A stretch of DNA of 64,000 nt from an uncultured Candidatus Saccharibacteria bacterium (GCA_964574655.1 CAZNOH010000001.1:535020-599019); one strand, 5' to 3'. Counted from the stretch's first letter, positions 10,983 through 20,913 are shown. Notes: generated from the letters alone by a model not told the origin. A program made the numbers and translations.

Positions 10983-12134
10983 CTAAATTTCTATTTTACG
11001 TAAATTAAAAGATAACTCTTCTCTATTTTGAAGAGTTTTTTCATATATAATTTCTGTTTCTAAACTTAGGATATCCCAATTATAATTCTCTAGAGCATAA
11101 GCTTTAGCTTTTTCGCCTTTTTCAATTATCAAATCTGTTCTTTTATTTAAGATTTCTAATTTTGAAGCAAGGTCAGAAATATTTTTGTTCATAAATAAGT
11201 AACCTAATCCTGCGAATGCTTCAATGTTTTCTGGAATATTAGAAACTAGAACACATCTTCCATGGCTCATTGCTTCTAAGACAGTAGTTGGCAAACCTTC
11301 AGCTTCTGAAGGCTGTACGTAAAGATAGGCTTTTTTATAAAGCATATGTAAATCTTTGCCAAATACAGCACCGGTTAAAATAATGTTTGGATTGCTTCTA
11401 GCTTTTTCTTTAATGAATTTTACATAATCATCTGTGCATGCTGAATCACCGACAATAACTAATTTTTTGTCAGTTTTAATTTTGTTGAATGCATCAATAA
11501 GATAGTGAATGCCTTTGTGTTTAACTAAACGGCCAACAGTCAAAATGTATTTGTTCTGTTCTAAATTTAATTTTTCTAAAACATCACTTTCTTGATTTTT
11601 AAGATCTAAAAAGTTAATTCCGTTTGGAATATAAACTGTCTTGGTGTTGTATCTTTCTTTGGCAATTTGCCTTAGAATTTTTGAGACAACAATTGTCTGA
11701 TGAGCAAATTTGCATATTGCCCATTCACCAAATTTTAAATATTTGCGAGCTACGAAGCCCCATTTTTGATGATATTGATCTTGGCAGTGAAATGTTGAGA
11801 TAATTTTTGATTTTGTAAATAATCTAGCAATAAAAGCTAGCGTTGATGGTCCAACACCTTGATAATGAATAATATCGTATTTTTGAAATAAAGCGTGAAA
11901 TGTAGAAATTATGGTATGCGAAATCGCGTCAAAATTTTTTGAGTTGATTGAAGGCAAGGAAATTAATCTGACGTTTTTGTAGAATTTAATGTTTGGGTCA
12001 GAATAATTTGGTCTTGAGTAAGCAAAAACTTCATGGCCTTGCTTGGCCAATCTAGTTGCTAAATCTTCTACGTGTCTTTCAACACCGCCCGATTTAGCTG
12101 GAAGTCCTTTTTGTCCGATAAATGCGATTTTCAT
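10983..12134 (-). CDS. Glycosyltransferase family 4
   Basis: GGVERHV, VGRLVKHKG, EGLPTTVLEAM; start set at MKIAF because the upstream extension lies in an ACGAAT repeat. Confidence 0.92.
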   Translation of the reverse strand: MKIAFIGQKGLPAKSGGVERHVEDLATRLAKQGHEVFAYSRPNYSDPNIKFYKNVRLISLPSINSKNFDAISHTIISTFHALFQKYDIIHYQGVGPSTLAFIARLFTKSKIISTFHCQDQYHQKWGFVARKYLKFGEWAICKFAHQTIVVSKILRQIAKERYNTKTVYIPNGINFLDLKNQESDVLEKLNLEQNKYILTVGRLVKHKGIHYLIDAFNKIKTDKKLVIVGDSACTDDYVKFIKEKARSNPNIILTGAVFGKDLHMLYKKAYLYVQPSEAEGLPTTVLEAMSHGRCVLVSNIPENIEAFAGLGYLFMNKNISDLASKLEILNKRTDLIIEKGEKAKAYALENYNWDILSLETEIIYEKTLQNREELSFNLRKIEI

Positions 12135-12503
12135 AAATATAATACGAATATACGAATGCATGCTAATCTACGAATATGCAAATATTCTGATACAAATTTA
12201 GCCCTGCATAACATATATTGAATTTTTGGGTTATTTTGTAAGTCTTATTACAGACCTATAAATATAGCACTTTTTGTATGTTCCGTCAAGGCTTTTTTGT
12301 AAATCTTTGTTTTTTTGGCTTGTTTAAGACATTTCCATTTGGACTGAATATCTTAGCAAATTGTAGTTCTAGTGTCAAGGTTTACTGTGGATAAAACACT
12401 TTAACTAATAAAAAAAGCGTACAAAAGTTGTACGCGATGAACAAGATTGTTATTCAGCAACATTTTTATATAACATATTTATATCTTGCTAATTTCATTT
12501 TGT

Positions 12504-12544
12504 TGGTATAATATAACTTGAAGTTTGCACCTTAAAGAAGGAGG
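12504..12544 (+). promoter_or_regulatory. Extended -10, boxA-like motif and SD of an orphan cassette
   Basis: TGgTATAAT 12504-12512, GCACCTTAAA 12527-12536, AAGGAGG 12538-12544. Confidence 0.6.
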
Positions 12545-12550
12545 GACAGA

Positions 12551-13054
12551 ATGACATTAAAAGTCGGGCAAGCTGTTATAATTCGAATATTGGAAGAAGG
12601 TGTTTGTCAGCGCCTGCTTGATGCTTTTGTAGAACGACTTGAGCCACTGACGTTCAGAGTTGCAACTACAGGTAGCTATTGGCACAAAAAATTTCAATTA
12701 TCTCAATGCGAATTTATTGCTCTAGGCCGTATGGAACCGAAGATCTACTGGTTCTGCAGACATACTATTCCTGATCCTCAAGGATTAGGTCAAAAACTAG
12801 ATCTTCGTCTTGTTGCCATTTCAGCATTGTGCGAGGTAACTGCTTGGGAAATTCTTTTCAGATCCCAGGGTGCCAAAATCGGTGATGCTGACTGTGACTT
12901 GCCTACTTTTAAGCAACATTTTCATATTGAAGCTACGACCAGCAACATGGACACTGAAGGAGTGTTGATCATCCACGATTGCTCCTTAGTCGCACCTTTT
13001 TGGATTGCTGATTCTGAGCCTTGCTATACGATTGAGAATATGAAACTGCGTTGA
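12551..13054 (+). CDS. Orphan hypothetical protein
   Basis: Own promoter and SD; GC above background; terminator AATCAGC..GCTGATT near 13083-13108. Confidence 0.7.
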   Translation: MTLKVGQAVIIRILEEGVCQRLLDAFVERLEPLTFRVATTGSYWHKKFQLSQCEFIALGRMEPKIYWFCRHTIPDPQGLGQKLDLRLVAISALCEVTAWEILFRSQGAKIGDADCDLPTFKQHFHIEATTSNMDTEGVLIIHDCSLVAPFWIADSEPCYTIENMKLR

Positions 13055-13128
13055 TATATTGCACAAGTTTTTTTAAAAAAAATAATCAGCTTTCTAGGCT
13101 GATTTTTCTTGCTTGTTTTATTATATAA

Positions 13129-14343
13129 TTATTTTAATCCCCTGTAAATTTTGATTATTTGTTGATAATGGTCTTCTGAACTATATTTTTGTTCAACAAG
13201 CTTTTTGGCATTATCGCCCATTTTTTTAGCTAGTTCTCGATTGCTGGCTAAGTCGTTTATTTTGCTTGCTAAATCCTGACTATCACCTGTTTTGAATAAT
13301 AAGCCAGTTTGTTTATCTTTGACTATCTCTGGCAAGGCGCCTAAGTTAGATGCAATTACAGGTTTTGCTAAAGCGTAATTTTCTAGAATTGATAAACCAA
13401 AAGTTTCATAAACTTCTGAGGGATGAATTATGAATTGAGAATTGTTAATTTCTTGCTGTATTTTTTCTTGATCCAAAAAACCTAAATACTTAATGTTATT
13501 TAGATTCTCTTTTTTAGCTAAATTCTTAAATTCTTGTTCATCTAGTCCTGATCCTGCGATATGTAATTCAATATTTTTAACATTTTTCATGGCTTTGATC
13601 AAAGTCTTGATTCCTTTTTCTTTAATTAAACGGCCGAAATATAAAATATAGTTTTGCTGATTTTGTGGTTGAATCTCATTATACTCTGTAAAAATAAATT
13701 CAGGCAAAATAGTAATTTGATCAGGCTTAATGATGCCAAATTCTAGAATTTTGTCATAAACAAATTTGCTTGGAGCTAAAAATAAATTAACATTATTTTC
13801 ATAAATTCTGATTAGCTTGTGAAAATACATTTCTTTAGACGCAAGCGCGCTTTGCCAAAATTTGTTTTTAATGCATTTTCTAAATGTGCATTTGTAATAG
13901 CGATATTTTTTGCATTGCTCGCAAAGTTCATTCTTTGAATATAGCGTGTAATTTGGACAAATTAATTTAAAATCATGCAGAGTTTCAACAACTGGAATTT
14001 TGTATTTTTTCGCGACTGTCAAAATTGATGGCGAAATTTGATGGTAAATATTATGAATATGAATTAGATCTGGCTTGGTATCAATAATTAATTGCTCAAA
14101 CTTTTTCTTAGCTTCAAATGAATACAATACTCTTCTGGCTTTTTTAAAATTATAGCCTGGCTTTTCAAAATTAATGTTGCTTACAAAATATTTAGAATAT
14201 TTGCTTGGATAATTTTTTTCATCTTGCATTGAAAAAGGAATGACTTCATGACCCTTTGATTCAAGCAATTTTGTTAAATTAAAATAGTAGCGTTCTGCAC
14301 CGCCTTTTACATAATGAAACTTATTGGCTTGGATTATCTTCAT
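13129..14343 (-). CDS. Glycosyltransferase family 4
   Basis: GGAERY, FGRLIKEKG, ETFGLSILE. Confidence 0.92.
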   Translation of the reverse strand: MKIIQANKFHYVKGGAERYYFNLTKLLESKGHEVIPFSMQDEKNYPSKYSKYFVSNINFEKPGYNFKKARRVLYSFEAKKKFEQLIIDTKPDLIHIHNIYHQISPSILTVAKKYKIPVVETLHDFKLICPNYTLYSKNELCEQCKKYRYYKCTFRKCIKNKFWQSALASKEMYFHKLIRIYENNVNLFLAPSKFVYDKILEFGIIKPDQITILPEFIFTEYNEIQPQNQQNYILYFGRLIKEKGIKTLIKAMKNVKNIELHIAGSGLDEQEFKNLAKKENLNNIKYLGFLDQEKIQQEINNSQFIIHPSEVYETFGLSILENYALAKPVIASNLGALPEIVKDKQTGLLFKTGDSQDLASKINDLASNRELAKKMGDNAKKLVEQKYSSEDHYQQIIKIYRGLK

Positions 14344-14360
14344 ATGTTACTTTTTATATC

Positions 14361-14432
14361 GTCATCTCGAGCGAAGCGAGAGATCCCGTAATTCTATAAA
14401 TTCACGGAATTCCTCACTTCGTTCGGAATGAC
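14361..14432. repeat. GTCAT...ATGAC palindromic REP-like element, copy 1
   Basis: gtcatctcgagcgaagcgagagatcccgt...acggaattcctcacttcgttcggaatgac. Confidence 0.8.
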
Positions 14433-14437
14433 ATGTG

Positions 14438-15886
14438 CTATTTTTGGTCTAGCTGATACATTTTATACAAGCTGACAATTAACCCCATAGCTATCCAATA
14501 AAATATATTAAGCATATTTGTAACTAAATACAAGGAGAAAAGCAGGCCAACACAGGTTGCAACGTAAAATGCAAATAAAGCAATTAATTCAGGCATTTCT
14601 TCAATTTTGGTTTTGTAGAGCTTAATAAAATATTTTATTAAATAATAATTGATAAATAAAAATGGAATAAGACCGATGATTCCAGCTTGAATTAAGACTC
14701 CCAATAGCTCATTATGCAAAGCACGCATTTCTACAGTTGAAACAAATCCTTTGAATTCGACATTAAGCATTTTTCCAAAACCAATACCTAGAATTGGATT
14801 TTTGGCATATTGCACTAATCCTTCTTGCCAGGCTTTCAAACGCCAGCCAGCTGCTTCCTCGATGTTGCCAGATTTTAGAGTAAATAAAGACTGAACTCTT
14901 TCTGTAAATCTTTGCGCATAAGTAGAGGCTTTAATATTTATATCTGCATTTAACATGGCTGTAATCCAGATGAACAATGAAAAAACAATTAGGACAACGA
15001 GCAAAATTCCAAAAATATTTTTCAAAGCAACTTTTCTTTTTTCTTTGTCTGATAAGAGAAAAATTGTGGCAAGGCCGGATAAAAATCCAAGCCAAAGATG
15101 TCGATGCATACCAGCAACAATGCCAACTGATTGGACTAAAATGACTGCTTGAGTTTTGATGTGGCCATAAATTTCTTTGCCATATATTAAAAAGACTATT
15201 GCAATAAAGACTGGCAGTAAAAGATAATAGGTATGCGTCTGAGCTAAGAATCTTGTTCCTGGAGTAAATTCACTCCACAAACCATTTCCAGTAGCTAAGC
15301 CATAAATAACAAAGCCAATTAAAATAATACCGCCTGCAAGAAAAACTTTGATAATTCTTTTGAACTGAACTTTTGTTCTAATTATAAATATTGTTAAAAA
15401 TAAAATTAATAAATAGCTGTAGTTCTTAAATGTTGCTAAAGCTAATTCTTTGTCAGGATTTTTGATAATGCTATAAACTAGAGCTGCTATCAAGGCTAGA
15501 AAAAAGATGAATGTTGCTTTTTCTAATCTGGTGTATCTTATTTCTTTACTATTGAGATTTCCAAAATGATGAATCAAAAAACTGATAAAAGTAATAATTA
15601 GCAAAACGTCAATTGGATAAATCTTGTAGATATTAATGTCTAGAATAATTGGCTGCAAGGTAAAGAATCTTTCATAAATCATTGTACAAAGGATAATTGT
15701 GTACAAGCCAACTTCTGGGACTTTTAGAATAAATAACGAGGCAAATCCAATTCCGAAAAGATATAAATAAATATTAAAAGGTATAAAAAGGGTTGGTAGG
15801 ATAAAAATGCTGACATAAATAAAACAAAGCACAGTATAGATTGTGGATTTTGATAAATTCTGAATTTTGTTTTTGATTGATGCCAT
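14438..15886 (-). CDS. O-antigen ligase/polymerase (Wzy_C/WaaL family)
   Basis: About 12 TM; WRLKAWQ...PILGIGFG...LHNELLGVLIQAGIIG. Confidence 0.85.
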   Translation of the reverse strand: MASIKNKIQNLSKSTIYTVLCFIYVSIFILPTLFIPFNIYLYLFGIGFASLFILKVPEVGLYTIILCTMIYERFFTLQPIILDINIYKIYPIDVLLIITFISFLIHHFGNLNSKEIRYTRLEKATFIFFLALIAALVYSIIKNPDKELALATFKNYSYLLILFLTIFIIRTKVQFKRIIKVFLAGGIILIGFVIYGLATGNGLWSEFTPGTRFLAQTHTYYLLLPVFIAIVFLIYGKEIYGHIKTQAVILVQSVGIVAGMHRHLWLGFLSGLATIFLLSDKEKRKVALKNIFGILLVVLIVFSLFIWITAMLNADINIKASTYAQRFTERVQSLFTLKSGNIEEAAGWRLKAWQEGLVQYAKNPILGIGFGKMLNVEFKGFVSTVEMRALHNELLGVLIQAGIIGLIPFLFINYYLIKYFIKLYKTKIEEMPELIALFAFYVATCVGLLFSLYLVTNMLNIFYWIAMGLIVSLYKMYQLDQK

Positions 15887-15953
15887 ATCAGTATATGTTT
15901 TTAGATTAACATAATTTTTGAATAAAAAAAAGCAGTATTAAATTGGTAACTGC

Positions 15954-16025
15954 TTGATGGTGCCCGGAGCGGGATTCGCCCTGCCATGAAGGCAGGGCGC
16001 CCCGCCCTTGTGGCGGGGCGAACCC
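15954..16025 (-). repeat. Duplicated tRNA-Leu 3' end (att-like) interrupted by two tandem hairpins
   Basis: 15954-15978 is identical to 16063-16087; AACCC resumes at 16021. Confidence 0.85.
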
Positions 16026-16066
16026 AAATTATAAGCAAAAAAAACAGCACATTACTATGCTGTTGA

Positions 16067-16150
16067 TGGTGCCCGGAGCGGGATTCGAACCCGCATGTCT
16101 TGCGACGGAGGATTTTAAGTCCCCTGCGGCTACCTTTTCGCCATCCGGGC
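16067..16150 (-). tRNA. tRNA-Leu (TAA), CCA encoded
   Basis: GCCCGGA/TCCGGGC acceptor stem, anticodon loop CTTAAAA, long variable arm, GGTTCGAATCC, ACCA. Confidence 0.95.
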
Positions 16151-16271
16151 TGAAGGAACAGAAGGTACGCGTTTTTTGTAACATTGCATTATACTACAAT
16201 GGCCAAATTTGTCAATGTTTTGTGCTTACAAATCTCACGAATGCCTTAAGCTCGAATAACACTAATATACG

Positions 16272-16552
16272 AAACTCGGTTTTTTCTTGTTTAAGGCTCG
16301 GCTTTTTACTTAAAGATTTAATGTATTTTTATATTATTTTTGCTAGATAATTATAATTTTGAAACATGTGCAAAGCCGAGCCTTTTAAATCAATGCTCTT
16401 ACTATAAATTAAAAGGTTCGGCCTTATCAAAAATCCATATCTAAATTGCTTAACAAAATTATTCTAAGATATGTATTGTTTTCTTCAATCAAAAGACCGA
16501 ACCTTGTACTAAAAAATTCATTCTTTAACTCTCATTCTTTGAACTCGGTTTT
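16272..16552. repeat. Array of REP-like 13-mers (AAGGYTCGGCYTT) in two inverted pairs
   Basis: Copies at 16293, 16372, 16413, 16493; flanked by AACTCGGTTTT at 16273 and 16542. Confidence 0.7.
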
Positions 16553-16575
16553 CGAAAAAGCATTGGAGTGAGCAC

Positions 16576-16605
16576 AAAAAAAGAGCCCACTGAAAGTGAA
16601 CTCTT
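16576..16605 (-). terminator. Intrinsic terminator of the high-GC unit
   Basis: AAGAGTTCAC-TTTCA-GTGGGCTCTT followed by a T-run on the minus strand. Confidence 0.65.
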
Positions 16606-16691
16606 GAAGGAACGAACGCTGAAAGAACTGGAATTGTTGGAGAGAAGCCGCACCCGACGCACTTGCGTTTGTCGGATGGGAACTGAAGATT

Positions 16692-17276
16692 CTAGGGGAG
16701 CTTGAGGTAGTGGCCGCCGGAGGGATCCGACATGATCTTGAGACCATCGTAGACGTTGCATCCGACGACGGTCAGCCAGTCTTCGCCACTCCGAGGCCAC
16801 GCGGAATCGACACCAGCAGGAATCATCGCGCAAGCACCGTTGTTCGCCGTCTGCAGAGCGCAGACCGGCTCGACCCCAGGAGGCATGCACCCGAAGGTCC
16901 ACGCACCGAGGCCGACGATGTTGCCGCAGATCTGGCCGTTGTCGATCCACACCTCGCATATATCGGTGTCGGGCGGATTGTTGGGCACGCACTGGGTCTG
17001 GCCCGCCTGGCACTCGTTGCCACCTTCGCCTTCGCCCTCGCAGCCGCAGTCGCACCCCTCGCCCTCGCCTTCGCCACCGTCCACCACGCCACTGTCCGTC
17101 TCACCCTCGCCCTCGTTGCCCTCACCTTCTCCTTCTCCCTCACCTTCACCCTCGCCCTCGACGCCCTCACCCTCGCCCTCGTTGCCGTTGTCCTCCATGT
17201 CCTTCTCGCGCAGGGCGCAGTTCGTGTTGATGATCGTCAGGCCGAACAGGATCCACATCGTCGCGCGCTTCATCAC
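16692..17276 (-). CDS. Secreted or lipoprotein-like protein with (Gly-Glu)n tract and Cys-rich C-terminus
   Basis: SD AGGAGGAGG; N-terminal hydrophobic stretch followed by Cys; EGEGEG repeats; high GC3. Confidence 0.75.
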   Translation of the reverse strand: MMKRATMWILFGLTIINTNCALREKDMEDNGNEGEGEGVEGEGEGEGEGEGEGNEGEGETDSGVVDGGEGEGEGCDCGCEGEGEGGNECQAGQTQCVPNNPPDTDICEVWIDNGQICGNIVGLGAWTFGCMPPGVEPVCALQTANNGACAMIPAGVDSAWPRSGEDWLTVVGCNVYDGLKIMSDPSGGHYLKLP

Positions 17277-17351
17277 AGCACCTCCTCCTCTCTCGTTGAC
17301 TCACCCGAACCGGGCGCTCGACTCCTTGCGAAGCCGAGCGCCCGGACGACT

Positions 17352-18416
17352 CTAGAACCGCACGCCGAAGTTACCGGCGCCGGACTTGATCATCTGCCAC
17401 CCACGCCGGTCCTCCACGTCACCCTTGAGCTCGCCACGCATCTCGTAGATGAACGACCAGCCCTCGAGCTTCGCGAGTTCTCCGACGAATCCCACGCCAC
17501 CACCGACCTCACCGCGACCGAAGTACATGTGGGTGTCGAGGTCGAACGTCCTGCCGATCAGACAGAAGTGTGGCTTGATCCACTGCTTCCAGTCGTACTC
17601 GGCGTTCAGCTCGAACCCGGCAGCACCGACCTCGTTGGCCTTGCCGTACTGCGCGCCCACCCCGATGGTCCAGCTCTCGCTGACCGGGAAGTTGACACGG
17701 AGCATGGCTCCGACGAAGTTGTCGCGCTCGGGGCTCCAGAGGTACTGTCCGACCAGGTCGTAGGTGATGTTCACCTTGGCCTCGCCGTCGTCACCCCTGC
17801 AATCCATCACGTCGCACTTCGTGTCCTTGTTCACGTCCTCATCACCATCACACTTGTAGTTTTCATTGCTGTCCCAGCACTGGACCGACGGCTTGGGCAG
17901 GCAGTCTTCCACGAGCCGGATGATAGCACCGCGCTGCCCTTCCTGGGCTCGCGTGAACATCGTCCCCTCGCGGATTCTGTTGCCGTTGACACCGATCTCC
18001 ATCAGCTTGTTCATCATGTAGCTCGCCCGCGCCCGCGCCCGAACAGCCCTGAGCGGATCCTGACCCCCAGCAGCGCGCACCTCTGCGGTGCCGCCGAACG
18101 GGGTCACGTCCTCCACCCCGCTGACTTCCAGGCATCCGAACTGAGCGGTATCCAGAGTAGCCTTGGCGCCGTTGAGGGCGTCGGTCCACTCCGTCTTCCA
18201 GCTCACGTTCTGCCCGGTCAGGTCGGCGTTGAGGAACGTCCAGATCTTCTTCTGCGCGGTTGCCCGGTCTTCCTCGGCCACGGGGGCCTCGGGAGCCGGC
18301 TGCGCGTAGGCGATCTGTCCCTCCTCGTCGTCCATCCAGAAGTAGTTGTAGGGGTTGATGTTGAAGAAACCGCAGATGAAAACCACCACCATCAGCCAGT
18401 TGATCTTGCGCTTCAT
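17352..18416 (-). CDS. Secreted protein: OmpA_C-like segment, Cys/Asp motif, C-terminal beta-barrel-like region
   Basis: RARARASYMMNKLMEIGVNGNRI resembles the OmpA_C helix; CWDSNENYKCDGDEDVNKDTKCD; alternating strands ending GVRF; SD GAGGAGG. Confidence 0.6.
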   Translation of the reverse strand: MKRKINWLMVVVFICGFFNINPYNYFWMDDEEGQIAYAQPAPEAPVAEEDRATAQKKIWTFLNADLTGQNVSWKTEWTDALNGAKATLDTAQFGCLEVSGVEDVTPFGGTAEVRAAGGQDPLRAVRARARASYMMNKLMEIGVNGNRIREGTMFTRAQEGQRGAIIRLVEDCLPKPSVQCWDSNENYKCDGDEDVNKDTKCDVMDCRGDDGEAKVNITYDLVGQYLWSPERDNFVGAMLRVNFPVSESWTIGVGAQYGKANEVGAAGFELNAEYDWKQWIKPHFCLIGRTFDLDTHMYFGRGEVGGGVGFVGELAKLEGWSFIYEMRGELKGDVEDRRGWQMIKSGAGNFGVRF

Positions 18417-18496
18417 CGTCTTGCCCTCCTCATCCTCGTTCTCTCGTGTTGTAGGGTCCTAACCCTGTTGTCGGAATCTGTAGAAAGTAACATTGA

Positions 18497-18525
18497 ATAC
18501 TAGCACAATTGAAAAAATTTGTCAA
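18497..18525 (-). promoter_or_regulatory. Sigma70 promoter of the high-GC unit
   Basis: TTGACA-17 nt-TAGTAT with TG extension. Confidence 0.65.
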
Positions 18526-18674
18526 CAGGATTTGATGGTTTTACCTTATATAAGCCAAAATTTAACTCTAATTTGTTATAATTATGTTTATTTGGTAAAA
18601 TAGAAGCATTAAGTTATAAGCTATAAGCTATATTTTCTTATTGCTTACAGCTTTTAGCTATAGCTCAAAAAAAC

Positions 18675-19829
18675 ATGAAAAAATCATTATTTCTCACCTT
18701 CTTTTTTCCGCCAGAACGAGGTGGAATTCAAAATTATCTGTATAATATTTGCAAAAGATTGCCTAAAGAATCAGTCGTTGTTTGGGCACCAATTAATTCG
18801 AATTCTTTCGATTTTGACAAAAAACAAGGCTTCAAAATTGTCCGAAAAAGTTATAATAGCGCATTGCGAATGTTTGGTTTGAGCAGTCTGGAATATTTTT
18901 TTACAGTCCGAAAATTAGTTAAACAAAATAAGATAAATATTATTCATTGCGGGCATATTCATCCAATGGGCATGACTGCTTATTTGATTAAAAAGATTTT
19001 GCATATCCCCTACATTGTTTATACTTATGGAACTGAGATGAAAGAAATAGAAAGCAAGTCTGGATTCACAAAGAAGATGATGAAAAAGGTATTAGATTCC
19101 GCGCAAAATATTGTTGTGACAACTGATTATATGCAAGATTATATAGTGTCCAAATTCAATTTTTCTAGAGACGAAAAAATTCTAGATAAAAAATTTATTA
19201 AAATTTGTCCTGGCGTTAATTCTGATCTTTTTCATCCTTTAGATTCTTTCAAAATTAAACAAAGATTTGGACTAGAAGATCAAAAGATTATCTTGACTTG
19301 CGGAAGATTGGTGCCTCGCAAGAATCATGAAATGGTAATCAAGGCAATGCCAAATGTTTTGAAGCGCGTGCCAAATGCAAAGTATTATATTGTCGGCAAT
19401 GGTCCGACTTTAGAAAAATTAAGGCTGTTAATTAGAAATTTAAGGCTTGATGATAAAGTAAAAATTTTTACTAAAGTTTCTGATAAGGATTTGAATTTTT
19501 ATTATAATGTTGCAGATGTATTCATAATGGCATCTAAAGAAATTGACAATAAAAAGGATATTGAAGGATTTGGGCTTGTTTACTTGGAGGCCAATGCATG
19601 CAAAAAGCCAGTTATTGCTGGCAATACTGGAGGCGTAGCTGAAGCTGTACTTGATGGTCAAACTGGGATTTTAGTCAATCCAGAAAACATAAAAGAAATT
19701 ACTGATGCGTTAGTTAAGATATTGCGAAATGATGAGCTGGCAAGAGACTTGGGTGAATTTGGATATGAACGAGCTGTAAATGAATTTAGTTGGGACAAAT
19801 TGGTGCAAAAATTAATGAGAATATTATAA
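18675..19829 (+). CDS. Glycosyltransferase family 4 (PimB-like)
   Basis: FPPERGGIQ, GRLVPRKN, EGFGLVYLEA. Confidence 0.92.
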   Translation: MKKSLFLTFFFPPERGGIQNYLYNICKRLPKESVVVWAPINSNSFDFDKKQGFKIVRKSYNSALRMFGLSSLEYFFTVRKLVKQNKINIIHCGHIHPMGMTAYLIKKILHIPYIVYTYGTEMKEIESKSGFTKKMMKKVLDSAQNIVVTTDYMQDYIVSKFNFSRDEKILDKKFIKICPGVNSDLFHPLDSFKIKQRFGLEDQKIILTCGRLVPRKNHEMVIKAMPNVLKRVPNAKYYIVGNGPTLEKLRLLIRNLRLDDKVKIFTKVSDKDLNFYYNVADVFIMASKEIDNKKDIEGFGLVYLEANACKKPVIAGNTGGVAEAVLDGQTGILVNPENIKEITDALVKILRNDELARDLGEFGYERAVNEFSWDKLVQKLMRIL

Positions 19830-19831
19830 CT

Positions 19832-19906
19832 GTCATCCCGAACCGCTGTGAGGGATCCCGTGTTTTTAGAACAATCACGGGATTCCTCGTTGCGACTCGG
19901 AATGAC
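19832..19906. repeat. GTCAT...ATGAC palindromic REP-like element, copy 2
   Basis: gtcatcccgaacc...gagggatcccgtg...cacgggattcctc...tcggaatgac. Confidence 0.8.
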
Positions 19907-19958
19907 AACAAAAAAAACGAGTCTCTTTTGAAACTCGTTTTTATATCAAAATATTATT

Positions 19959-20747
19959 CTATTTATTAAAACGTCCTGTCTTCACCCATTCATCAACTTT
20001 GCTTTCTGAATATTCTTCGCCAGTATAGCCCTTTTTTTCTTCTGCTTTTTCTGACTTTTTGGCTATTGGCAAGTTATTAGGAACTGTTGAAGTAATTTTT
20101 TTATATTGATGGCTAGATTTATTTTCTTTAGGTTTTACTTTTTTCTGCTCCTTTTTTTCAGGCAGCAAGAATATAATTCCGATAGAAGCGAATAAACCAG
20201 CAATAAATCCAAGTATAGTATTTAGATAAATATTTGGGCTAACAGGCTTTGTTGAAGTAATTGGTTTTTCAACCATTTTGACATCAACTTGCTGTCCGCC
20301 ACCATGGTATTCGCTGCCATTCGTGACTGAGATATAAGCAATACCATAAGCGATTTTTTCAGCTTGATCTCTATTTTTGTCTCTAACAATAATTTGAAAG
20401 TTTCCAGCTTCTAAAAGCCTTGCATTAATCTCTTTTTTCCAAGCTTTTTTTCTTTCCTTAAGATCTTTTGGAAAATTGTCAGCAATATCAAGCGGAGCGC
20501 TCAAAACCTGTCTCATAAATGAGCTTGTGTAAACAACACTTGATAATGTTTCAGCGACTGTTTCAGCTGATCTTTTAGCTGTAAAAGCATCAAATTGATC
20601 ACCATATTTTTGAATAACCAAAAGTTGAACAGTTGATTCATATTTTGGTGTTTGAACAATAGATGCAACAAAACCAATCACACTAAAAATTAGAGTGAAT
20701 GAGATCAAAATCAGCCAATATTTTTTTAGATTAAGTAAGTTTTTCAT
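19959..20747 (-). CDS. Wzz/CpsC-like polysaccharide chain-length determinant
   Basis: Two TM helices, TPKYESTVQLLV, PVSPNIYLNTILG. Confidence 0.8.
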   Translation of the reverse strand: MKNLLNLKKYWLILISFTLIFSVIGFVASIVQTPKYESTVQLLVIQKYGDQFDAFTAKRSAETVAETLSSVVYTSSFMRQVLSAPLDIADNFPKDLKERKKAWKKEINARLLEAGNFQIIVRDKNRDQAEKIAYGIAYISVTNGSEYHGGGQQVDVKMVEKPITSTKPVSPNIYLNTILGFIAGLFASIGIIFLLPEKKEQKKVKPKENKSSHQYKKITSTVPNNLPIAKKSEKAEEKKGYTGEEYSESKVDEWVKTGRFNK

Positions 20748-20913
20748 ACAGGTCAATATAACATAACGATAATAATTTGTCAACGTTTTTTAGCAGATAT
20801 CTAGTTATTTTGTTTGAATTAAGCCCTAATTGCTCAATTGCTAAATGGCTGAATTGTTAGCTATAATTAACGTTAAACAATTTAACAATGGGGCAATTTA
20901 GCAATTACGTGAT

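Noticed and set aside
16057-16350. 97-aa ORF
   Set aside because: Antisense to tRNA-Leu and runs into the repeat array
16272-16552. Possible CRISPR array
   Set aside because: Repeats are 13 bp, alternate in orientation and have uneven spacers; no cas genes
16710-18503. 597-aa plus-strand ORF and other overlapping ORFs in the high-GC unit
   Set aside because: Antisense or alternate-frame shadows of high-GC3 genes; the SD, promoter and terminator all support the minus-strand pair
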